IMG/VR virus record: IMGVR_UViG_3300042923_000524
Coordinates: 73,948 to 137,947 of that record
Source: a virus
DNA length: 64,000 nt
Reading direction: 5' to 3' (one strand)
Shown in pieces: positions 32,348-40,633 of this stretch (position 1 is the stretch's first letter; every line of letters begins with the position of its first letter). A program made the position numbers and the translations under genes. The notes beneath the pieces are model-generated. The model did not search any database and was not told the DNA's origin. It was given only the letters and a program-made list of their open reading frames with translations.

Positions 32348-32683
32348 ATGTCAATTCTGTCTAGAAAGGAGTTTTGTATGTTAGAATATGAATATTGGGA
32401 TGTTAAAAAAACAAATAAAACTAATGAAGGATTAATAACTGCTGTTGAGTTAAGAGATAAAGATTATAATGCATTACAACTTGATTTTAAATGGGACGGT
32501 TGTATTAATCTTTGGAAGTATTATAATGGCTATACTCCAGATGATGATTCTGAAGAAGCTAGAGAAAATATGGATTACATTCATATTTGTGATTTAGAAG
32601 AGTTTATAAATCAATTACAAGAAGTCTTAGTTATTGCAAAAGATATATTAGGTGAAGAAAAATATGAACGTGATTTTAGATAA
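32348..32683 (+). CDS. hypothetical protein
   Basis: likely start MLEYEY. Confidence 0.65.
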   Translation: MSILSRKEFCMLEYEYWDVKKTNKTNEGLITAVELRDKDYNALQLDFKWDGCINLWKYYNGYTPDDDSEEARENMDYIHICDLEEFINQLQEVLVIAKDILGEEKYERDFR

Positions 32684-33020
32684 AAAGAAGATTTTAAAGA
32701 TATATAATAATTATTTAACAACATTAAAGGAGGAATGAAGATGGTTCAATATATATGGGGCGTTATGGCAATTTGCAGTATTACATGGATATTATATTTA
32801 ACTTTAAAATATAGAAAGTGTATACCTAATATAGTAGCATTGGCAATTAATTTACAATCTTTATTATTGTTGGTCATAGTTATTGGCAATATCTATTCAA
32901 GATAATTAGTTACAATAAATTATAAAAATAAATATAAAATTTATTTGAAATGCATATTGCATTTGTTTCCGACATATAATATAATAAGCATAATAACAAA
33001 TATAAAAATTATATAAAGGA

Positions 33021-33689
33021 GTGGTAATTGAAATGACAACATGCATTCAAAACATTAATAGTCACACTACATACGATAAACCAATAAACACACTAATCAA
33101 CGCAGCACAAAAATTATTAGAGGTACGGAAAGGTGATTTGATATTTGTAGACTTTGACCAACTAATAAAAAGTGGTAGAGACCATAGTATACAATCGAAA
33201 CCTAGACCAGCGGTAGTTTTAAGCAATAACGTTGGAAACAAGTTTTCACCTACTATTTGGGTGGCAACATTAACTTCTAATCTTAACAAAAATAAACTAC
33301 CAACACATGTAAAAGTATCTGAAGAAACAGGACTTAGATTTGATTCGTTGGTTTTAGTAGAACAGGTATTCACAATTGACAAAAAACTTATATTATCAAA
33401 AGTGGGGAAATGTTCAGCACATATAATGGAGCAAATTGACACAGCAGTTAAAATTCAAGCAGGTACAATTGATTTAGAGTATATAGAAGATACAGTTAAT
33501 TGGATTAATAAAGTAGAGTGCGAAGCTCGAATAAATGGGTTTGACCCAGAGGATGCAAGATTACACACTAGACTAGTTAAGGAATTGCAATCTTATTGTA
33601 ATCAATATGGATATGATTATACTAAGGTATTAAAAGAAAAAACATTTATAAAAGTCTCCGTGGACAATAGAAAACAAAATGCAATGTAA
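33021..33689 (+). CDS. MazF/PemK (NdoA-like) endoribonuclease toxin with N- and C-terminal extensions
   Basis: KGDLIFVDF, SKPRPAVVLSNNVGNKFSPT, TLTS, DSLVLVEQVFTIDK; catalytic R and T present. Confidence 0.88.
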   Translation: MVIEMTTCIQNINSHTTYDKPINTLINAAQKLLEVRKGDLIFVDFDQLIKSGRDHSIQSKPRPAVVLSNNVGNKFSPTIWVATLTSNLNKNKLPTHVKVSEETGLRFDSLVLVEQVFTIDKKLILSKVGKCSAHIMEQIDTAVKIQAGTIDLEYIEDTVNWINKVECEARINGFDPEDARLHTRLVKELQSYCNQYGYDYTKVLKEKTFIKVSVDNRKQNAM

Positions 33690-33698
33690 AATATAAAA

Positions 33699-34358
33699 AT
33701 GGAGGACGGCATGATGAACAATAATTTTGTAGGGGAACAGAATGAGGTTAGAACTTTTATAGATAAAAGTAAATTTAATGAAGCAATTTTTAAATGTAAA
33801 ACAGTATTAGAAACATTAAACGATAATTATATCGAAGATAATCACAACAAATGGTTTTTTAATCTAAGAATTGCAATATGTTATAGAAAAAAAGGTCAAT
33901 TTAAAAAAGCATTAAATTATGTATTTGAAAGTAAAAACTACACAAATGATTTAAAAGAGCATATGGAATGTAATTGGGTTTTAGGAAATTGTTATTACTC
34001 TATGAAGTTATATAAAAAAGCTACACTATTTTTTAGACAATGCAGTGACTACTTTACAAACAACAACATGGAAGATGAACGTATTCATATGGATTTCAAC
34101 ATTGCAAAAATTGAAAATGACGATGTAAAAATTAATAGACTTTTGATTGAAGCTTATAATATGGTAAATATCGATGCCGATTCTCTAAGTAATGCAGAGT
34201 GGTTTTTCAACAACGCTTATGAAACCCTCTGCGAAATATACATAGATAGAAATCAATTAGAAATTTTTGAAGAAACTATTGTTAAAATTAAAGATAGAAA
34301 TATTGTTGATGATTTACGAAATAGAATGCAAGTGGTGAATATCACTAACATTTTATAA
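33699..34358 (+). CDS. TPR-like peptide receptor (RRNPP-like, no HTH)
   Basis: LRIAICYRKKGQFKKALNY, VLGNCYYSMKLYKKATLFF repeats; directly precedes a propeptide. Confidence 0.7.
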   Translation: MEDGMMNNNFVGEQNEVRTFIDKSKFNEAIFKCKTVLETLNDNYIEDNHNKWFFNLRIAICYRKKGQFKKALNYVFESKNYTNDLKEHMECNWVLGNCYYSMKLYKKATLFFRQCSDYFTNNNMEDERIHMDFNIAKIENDDVKINRLLIEAYNMVNIDADSLSNAEWFFNNAYETLCEIYIDRNQLEIFEETIVKIKDRNIVDDLRNRMQVVNITNIL

Positions 34359-34380
34359 TATAAAACAAGGAGGAAAAAGA

Positions 34381-34527
34381 ATGAAAAAAATTGCATTGTT
34401 TCTCACAACAGTTGCGGTACTTGCGATGTTGGTTGGAGGTATGGTTTTTGCTTCTGACGTTACAGACCCAAAAGTAGCTAAACCAGTGGTAGTGAGTCCT
34501 AATTCTGACGTTACAGACCCAAGATAA
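34381..34527 (+). CDS. 48-aa secreted signalling propeptide (AimP/Phr-like; not in ORF track)
   Basis: MKKIALFLTTVAVLAMLVGGMVFA-SDVTDPK-VAKPVVVSPN-SDVTDPR; AGGAGG RBS; 20-bp DNA repeat at 34452 and 34503. Confidence 0.85.
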   Translation: MKKIALFLTTVAVLAMLVGGMVFASDVTDPKVAKPVVVSPNSDVTDPR

Positions 34528-34539
34528 TTAATAAAACAA

Positions 34540-34558
34540 GAGGGGTGAAATGCCCCTC
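34540..34558 (+). terminator. hairpin after propeptide
   Basis: gaggggtgaaatgcccctc. Confidence 0.6.
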
Positions 34559-34595
34559 AAACAAAAAACTACAATAAAAATGAGGTGACAACATT

Positions 34596-34946
34596 ATGAT
34601 AGACCAAAACAAAGTAAAAAATCTATGTGAAAAATATAAAATCAACTACAAAATACATCCTAATAATATCTATATGGAAACTCCATTAAATACTTGGATA
34701 TGTGAAGATAAGGATACTCACTATCGCCTTAAACATAAAAATAAAGGTGTCTGTAAACATACGATGCATATGCACGATAGAAAATTTGAAAATGTAAATG
34801 AAGTATTAGAATATATACATACTCATGACACAAAGACAATATTTGACCGTAGAAGAAGTAATGAGAGAAGATTAGATAGGTTATTTGAATCTATATCAAT
34901 ACATAAAAAATCAAATAAGAAAATAAATAAATCAATTAGTATATAA
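34596..34946 (+). CDS. hypothetical protein
   Basis: RBS; His-rich. Confidence 0.65.
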   Translation: MIDQNKVKNLCEKYKINYKIHPNNIYMETPLNTWICEDKDTHYRLKHKNKGVCKHTMHMHDRKFENVNEVLEYIHTHDTKTIFDRRRSNERRLDRLFESISIHKKSNKKINKSISI

Positions 34947-35078
34947 ATAGATTAACATAAATAATGAATATAAATATTTTTCATGATTCACACATACATA
35001 TCAGTATAATTACTTGACACCAAGGATATAATTATATTAAGATATAAATAAGAATGAATATAAAAGGATGTGTGAGTT

Positions 35079-36389
35079 ATGAAAATAGGAAAAGATAGAG
35101 ATTTACTAGAGAAAGAATTAGCAAAAATATTCGTAAAGTATAATTTAGATAATAATGTAATCAATAAAATTAAAGAAGAATTTATATCAAGAGGGGTATC
35201 TTCAGGAGAATTCTTGTCTATTATAGATGGCAAAATTCAGATTGAAACAATCCCTCTTAATATGCTTTGTCTTTTAACAGAGTTGTTTTATAAAGAAACT
35301 ACAGAGCAAAATATAAAACCAGAAACTTATTTTACTGAACAAGAAATTAACACAGCTAAGAATTTTAGACGAGAGTCAGAAGAACAATCTAAATATCCAT
35401 TAGTATTTGAAAATGTCATGAAGATTGGTGATGACCACTATGTAACATATAAAACAGCTCAAGAAGTTGCTGGTTACTATGCAAAGAATTTAATTGTTTA
35501 TAACAAACAAACTCAAAGAAATGCAAAGTACAGTGAGTATCAAGATAAAATTGTTGAAATGATAAGTATAAATAAATCTTCTATTTCTGATATTGCAAAA
35601 GATATTGTTGAGGGCAGACAAATTACAAACTTTATCACTTTTAATATTCTTCAAAATGGCGAAGAGAATTTTGAATATGATGCTAAAAATAAAACTTTAA
35701 CTGTATTTGAAGGTGAGATTGATATACTTGACGGTTTTCATAGGTCAATGGGAATTCTCTCAGCAGTACAGAAAGAGCCTAATGTAAAATATATCACTGG
35801 AATTAATATAGTGAATTGGGATATTGAAAAATCAAGAAGATTTATTGTACAGGAAGATAAGAGAAATAAGATTAATGCTTCTCATGTAAAATCACTTAAT
35901 CCAGATAGATATGAAAACATGATTATTAAAAAACTAAATGAGAGTAGTTCAAGTGATTTAAAAGGCAAAATTACTACAGATAATTTATTTATAAGAAAAC
36001 ATAAAGCTTTAACAACATATGATGTTATTAATAATACTATTCAAAAAGAATATAAAGACATTAAAACCAATAGAGATGCTTCTTTAATTGCTGAATGGTT
36101 AATTGAATTCTTTAATGAATTAATTGGTTTGTATCCAACTGAGTTTTTAACTGAAATTGAATCTACTAAGGAAACTTCATTTATTAACAATGAGAATATG
36201 TTCGCAGGTTATATTTCACTTTCAAAAGAATTACAGAATGTTAGCAATTGGAGACAAAAACTACAGGAAGTGATGAGTAAAATTGATTTTAGCGTTAATA
36301 ATTCTAAGTGGGAAAGTCTTAAATCTGCAACAGAATTAAACAAGAGATTATTAAAGAATATATCTAATTATTTTAGAGAGATTGTTTAG
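35079..36389 (+). CDS. SPbeta YopQ-like DGQHR/ParB-fold protein
   Basis: IDILDGFHR motif; size and position directly upstream of a YopR-like gene. Confidence 0.65.
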   Translation: MKIGKDRDLLEKELAKIFVKYNLDNNVINKIKEEFISRGVSSGEFLSIIDGKIQIETIPLNMLCLLTELFYKETTEQNIKPETYFTEQEINTAKNFRRESEEQSKYPLVFENVMKIGDDHYVTYKTAQEVAGYYAKNLIVYNKQTQRNAKYSEYQDKIVEMISINKSSISDIAKDIVEGRQITNFITFNILQNGEENFEYDAKNKTLTVFEGEIDILDGFHRSMGILSAVQKEPNVKYITGINIVNWDIEKSRRFIVQEDKRNKINASHVKSLNPDRYENMIIKKLNESSSSDLKGKITTDNLFIRKHKALTTYDVINNTIQKEYKDIKTNRDASLIAEWLIEFFNELIGLYPTEFLTEIESTKETSFINNENMFAGYISLSKELQNVSNWRQKLQEVMSKIDFSVNNSKWESLKSATELNKRLLKNISNYFREIV

Positions 36390-36418
36390 TTAAAAAATTA
36401 AGAAAGGTGTGAATATAA

Positions 36419-37384
36419 TTGAAACATTTTATTATGTATAATCCAGAATTAAAAAATGTTTATCTTAATACTATTGACAACGAAGGAACTAGAGAAAATA
36501 TTGGATATACTTTTCAAAAGGCTAGAATACTAGAAGATGAAAAAGGAAAAGATATATGTCATTTTAATTTTGATGAATTAGGTGAATTATGGAGTAGCTT
36601 CAGAGCAAAAAGTTTTGCTGCCATTACTACTAAAGTTAGTATTATAGTTAAGTATATTGACTTTTGTATTGATAAAGGATTGGCTGATGTAAACTACAAT
36701 TGGGCAAAGATGTACTTTAATGAAGATGGATTAAGACCATATGTAAGCAAAGTTGCTATAGGTAATAAAATAATTGACAAAGAAACTTTAGAAGATATAA
36801 TTGATTTTTGTGCTAACGCTCAAGATGCTGTAATCTTTGCATTATTATTTGAAGGTGTAAAGGGTAGACCAATACAAGAAAATGCCTTTGAAGAAGTTAG
36901 GAATCTTAGAATGGTTGATTGTAATACTGATACTAATGATATTATACTAAGACAAGATGATGGTAAAACAAGAGTTATTCAAATATCTGAAAGAACTATG
37001 AATTTAATAGTAGATGCTTATAATCAACAAACGTATTTAAGAAAAAATGGCGAATCAACCGCAAAACTTAAAGAGATAGAAATGATTGATACAGGTTATG
37101 TTTTAAAATTAGGTGATATAGGCAAGAATTCCAATTCGAGTGAAGATAGAATAAGTCATCAAGTTTTATTTAGAAGACTAAAGAATATTGCAAAAGCATA
37201 TGGAAATAGTTTTTTAACACCTACTAATATTTACATGAGTGGAATGGTTGACTATGCTCAAAGACTGCAAACTGAAAAAGGTGTAGAATTAGACAATAAT
37301 GATTATATTCATATATGTGAGAAATATGGAATAGACCCTAAAAGATGGTATAAGATAAAAGTGGAGATTAAGCAGTATCTATAA
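36419..37384 (+). CDS. SPbeta YopR/MrpR-like master repressor (inactive tyrosine-recombinase fold)
   Basis: MYNPELKNVYL, GKDICHF, LLFEGVKG, YLRKNG, FLTPTNIYMSG; lacks the RHR catalytic set. Confidence 0.8.
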   Translation: MKHFIMYNPELKNVYLNTIDNEGTRENIGYTFQKARILEDEKGKDICHFNFDELGELWSSFRAKSFAAITTKVSIIVKYIDFCIDKGLADVNYNWAKMYFNEDGLRPYVSKVAIGNKIIDKETLEDIIDFCANAQDAVIFALLFEGVKGRPIQENAFEEVRNLRMVDCNTDTNDIILRQDDGKTRVIQISERTMNLIVDAYNQQTYLRKNGESTAKLKEIEMIDTGYVLKLGDIGKNSNSSEDRISHQVLFRRLKNIAKAYGNSFLTPTNIYMSGMVDYAQRLQTEKGVELDNNDYIHICEKYGIDPKRWYKIKVEIKQYL

Positions 37385-37661
37385 TTTAAAAATAAAGTAG
37401 TTTTATTACTACTTTAACAAATACAAATATAAAATTTATTTAATAAAAGTGTTGACAAAGGCAAAAAGTGGTAGTAGTATTATAGATAAGAGGTGAGTAT
37501 ATGAAACAATATGGATATATGATTCTTGTTTTAGGTATTATTGGAGTGGCTATAGCAGTGGTAATAAGATTTATAAAATAAGCTAACCAAATTGAGATTT
37601 GGTCGTGATTTTAGAAAAACTAGCCGCTGCGAGAGTAGGGTTGTAGAAAAGGAGAATAAAT

Positions 37662-37847
37662 ATGAAAAGTGATAATGTAATTAAAGAAACAAGAGTTTTA
37701 GATAATGGAAAGAAATTTAATGTTATAGTAAGATATGTCGGAACAGGTACTATAGAAGATATTCTCACAGATTTTGCAAACGAAATGGTTAAAAAGATAA
37801 ATTTAGGAGTTGATAAATATGACAAATTATCAAAACAGATTAAATGA
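37662..37847 (+). CDS. hypothetical protein
   Basis: RBS; resembles 37955..38143. Confidence 0.6.
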   Translation: MKSDNVIKETRVLDNGKKFNVIVRYVGTGTIEDILTDFANEMVKKINLGVDKYDKLSKQIK

Positions 37848-37954
37848 TTTGAGAAAAGAATATATTAACAATCTTAAAGAGGAAGGTGACATATCATCTA
37901 ATGAAGAATGGTTAATAAATAAACTTTTTGATTTTCTAATAGAGGGGGCTAACA

Positions 37955-38143
37955 ATGACAGCTCGAGATAATTCAAATGTAGTTTATAAAGAAGGTTATC
38001 CTAAAATCACTAAAACAGTGCATAGGTCAAGAGGTGGCTATGACATAAATGTGACTTGGGTACACACAGGAGAAAAAACTATAAAAGAATTTATTTCAGA
38101 TTATGCAGAGCAAATAATTAAAAAGATTAATGATAAAATTTAA
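37955..38143 (+). CDS. hypothetical protein
   Basis: RBS; resembles 37662..37847. Confidence 0.6.
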   Translation: MTARDNSNVVYKEGYPKITKTVHRSRGGYDINVTWVHTGEKTIKEFISDYAEQIIKKINDKI

Positions 38144-38453
38144 AATCAAAAGAAGGGAGGGTAGTTATATGACTGGTGAATTATTAATAAAAGGAAATAC
38201 TGGTTGTTATCACATATTGAATTCAAAGGATTGTATAAATCACAATGTATCAGAAATCTTAGATTTTAATTTAGATAAAGAAAAGACTATATGTATTACA
38301 ACAAAGAGTGAAAATATTTTATTTAATGAATGTGGAATTGTTAATAAACACCAAGTACAAGAAAATATGTTTGATTATTTTGTAAATGATAAAAATCTCA
38401 CACAGATATTATGGGATAACTTAAATAATAAAATTGTGTTTAAAGTATCTTAA
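38130..38453 (+). CDS. hypothetical protein
   Basis: likely start MTGELL. Confidence 0.6.
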   Translation: MIKFKIKRREGSYMTGELLIKGNTGCYHILNSKDCINHNVSEILDFNLDKEKTICITTKSENILFNECGIVNKHQVQENMFDYFVNDKNLTQILWDNLNNKIVFKVS

Positions 38454-38499
38454 ATAACATTTAAATTTATTGGCACTAAATAATAAAGGCGGTCTTAGC

Positions 38500-38712
38500 A
38501 AAGGAGTAAAACCTTTAATTGTCTGCAAGGATAATTTCGCCTATAGTCGAGATAGTGACAAGTAAATCTTATTAATAAGTTTTGTAATACACTCGATAAG
38601 GTAATAAGTGCGAAAGTGAAGCGAACGTGTTTCTACTGTAGTATTCGCACCTATTGAAACTGCTAACACAAAGTCCGTTAGCACAACTTATAATTAAATA
38701 CAATTGTAACAA
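38500..38712 (+). ncRNA. Cas12f1 tracrRNA (ends approximate)
   Basis: anti-repeat acaacttataattaaatacaattgtaac at 38683-38710; segments cactcgataaggt and tgaaac-stem-acaaag-stem resemble AsCas12f1 tracrRNA as recalled. Confidence 0.8.
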
Positions 38713-38775
38713 TTGAATAGTTTCGCATTATTATAACTTAAAAGTGTTGAAAATGCTGTTTTGGATTTGTAAGCA

Positions 38776-39070
38776 GTTACAATTTGTATATTATATAGGT
38801 TGTAAGTTTTAGAGCATTGATTTCTGTTTCTATTGCGTTTAAAGTTACAATTTGTATATTATATGAGTTGTAAGTTACTTTGCAAATGTCGAAAATAGAT
38901 GTATAATTATTACAATTTGTATATAAATATGGGTTGTAAGTTGACTACAGGTGTTAATATTTATTTATTCTTCATGTTGCAGTGTATTATATGAGCTGTA
39001 AGTTTAAAAGCCATTTATAAAATCATCTTTGTATTTGCTTTTGCAATCTGTATATTATATGAGTTCTAAG
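38776..39070 (+). CRISPR. CRISPR array, 5 repeats / 4 spacers
   Basis: repeat GTTACAATTTGTATATTATATGAGTTGTAAG at 38776, 38844, 38909, 38976 (degenerate) and 39040; spacers 37, 34, 35, 37 nt. Confidence 0.92.
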
Positions 39071-39176
39071 ACATAATTAATTGGAAAAGTTAATATATAA
39101 TAATAAATTGTAAATGATAGATGTTATGATGTGAATTTAATTTATATAAGAAAAAATATAAAATAGGAGAGATAAG

Positions 39177-40490
39177 ATGAATAAATGTATAAAAATAACA
39201 ATAAAAAATTGTATAAATATAGATAAATATAGACAGGTATTAAGGGATTTAAGATATCAAACTTGGTTAGCAAGTAATAAAGCTATGACTAATTATTATA
39301 CTTTTGCATTAGAGAACATGGAATATAAAAACATAAATGGAATCAACATAAATGAGAAAGAGAGATATGGTAAAAGTTATGATGCATGGATACAAAATAG
39401 AATGAATGAGATTATGACCATGCATCAAAGTGGGAATGTAGCTCAAACAGCACAATTTGTCGCTAAGAGATTTAAAGACGATATAAAAAAAGGTATGTTT
39501 AAAGGCAAGATATCAATATCTAATTTTAAACAAGATATCCCACTTATTATACATAATAAAAACTATAAAATCATACAGGGTGATAAGGGATATAAAATTG
39601 AATGTAGTTTATTTAATAGAGAATACCAAAAAGAAAATATTATTAAAAAAGCTGAATTTCAAATTGATAAGATTGATAATAATTGTAAAAGTGTATTAAA
39701 TAGAATTATATCTGGTGAATATAAGCAGGGTTCTATGCAAATTACAGAAGATAAAAAAGGTAAATGGTATTTTATAATTAGTTATAGTTTTGAAGCATCC
39801 AAACAAACTTTTGACCAAAATAGAATATTAGGCATAGATTTAGGTATAACTAAAGTAGCTACAATGCAAATATTTGATAAAACCATTGAAGAGTGGGATA
39901 GATTATCTTGGAAAGAATGTATGATGGATGGTAGAGAGTTAATACATTATAGACAAAAGATAGAAGCGAGAAAAAAACAATTACAAATAGCTAGTAAGTG
40001 GTGTGGAGAAGGTAGAGTTGGTCATGGTACTAAAACAAGAATGAAACCTTTAGATAAAATAGGAAGTGTGGTAAGTAATTTTAAAGATACATATAATCAT
40101 AAAATAAGCAGATATATAATAGATTTTGCTATTAAACATAATTGCGGAATAATTCAAATGGAAGATTTAAGTGGATTTAGTGAACAACAAACAGAAAGTT
40201 TATTAAAGAATTGGAGTTATTTTGATTTACAAACTAAGATAAAATATAAAGCCGAAGAAAAGGGAGTAGAGGTTATATTTATTAATCCTCAATATACAAG
40301 TAAAAGATGTAGTAGGTGTGGTTGTATAGACACACGAAATAGAGATTGTGAAAATAATCAATCCAAGTTTGAATGTGTAACTTGTGGTCATAAAGAAAAT
40401 GCAGATATAAATGCAGCGAAAAATATTAGTATGCCTGATATTGAAGAAATTATTGGTGAATACATAAAATATGGTTTAAAAGTAAGTTAA
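39177..40490 (+). CDS. cas12f1: Cas12f1 (type V-F, TnpB-related) RNA-guided nuclease
   Basis: RuvC ILGIDLG, IQMEDLS, NADINAA; CSRC...CVTC; VGHGTKTRMKP and IISGEYK segments like AsCas12f1; adjacent array and tracrRNA. Confidence 0.88.
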   Translation: MNKCIKITIKNCINIDKYRQVLRDLRYQTWLASNKAMTNYYTFALENMEYKNINGININEKERYGKSYDAWIQNRMNEIMTMHQSGNVAQTAQFVAKRFKDDIKKGMFKGKISISNFKQDIPLIIHNKNYKIIQGDKGYKIECSLFNREYQKENIIKKAEFQIDKIDNNCKSVLNRIISGEYKQGSMQITEDKKGKWYFIISYSFEASKQTFDQNRILGIDLGITKVATMQIFDKTIEEWDRLSWKECMMDGRELIHYRQKIEARKKQLQIASKWCGEGRVGHGTKTRMKPLDKIGSVVSNFKDTYNHKISRYIIDFAIKHNCGIIQMEDLSGFSEQQTESLLKNWSYFDLQTKIKYKAEEKGVEVIFINPQYTSKRCSRCGCIDTRNRDCENNQSKFECVTCGHKENADINAAKNISMPDIEEIIGEYIKYGLKVS

Positions 40491-40633
40491 TTAATAATAA
40501 ATATAAAATTAAATATATAAACCACTTGTAATTTTTTATTCTTAGTAGTATACTAATATTAGGAAATATACAAAAACAAAAATATAGCGTTTCCAATGGT
40601 TGTAGCAATCGCAAATGACCATAAAATCGGGAT

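Noticed and set aside
36419-37384. Active integrase
   Set aside because: Lacks the catalytic Arg and HxxR motifs; fits the YopR-like repressor
38807-39039. Self-targeting by the spacers
   Set aside because: Only short partial matches by eye (atgtcgaaa at about 43619; tttataaatgg at about 19558); no full protospacer in the window
39177-40490. IS200/IS605 TnpB transposon
   Set aside because: No TnpA or IS-end hairpins were seen, and a CRISPR array plus anti-repeat tracrRNA lies directly upstream
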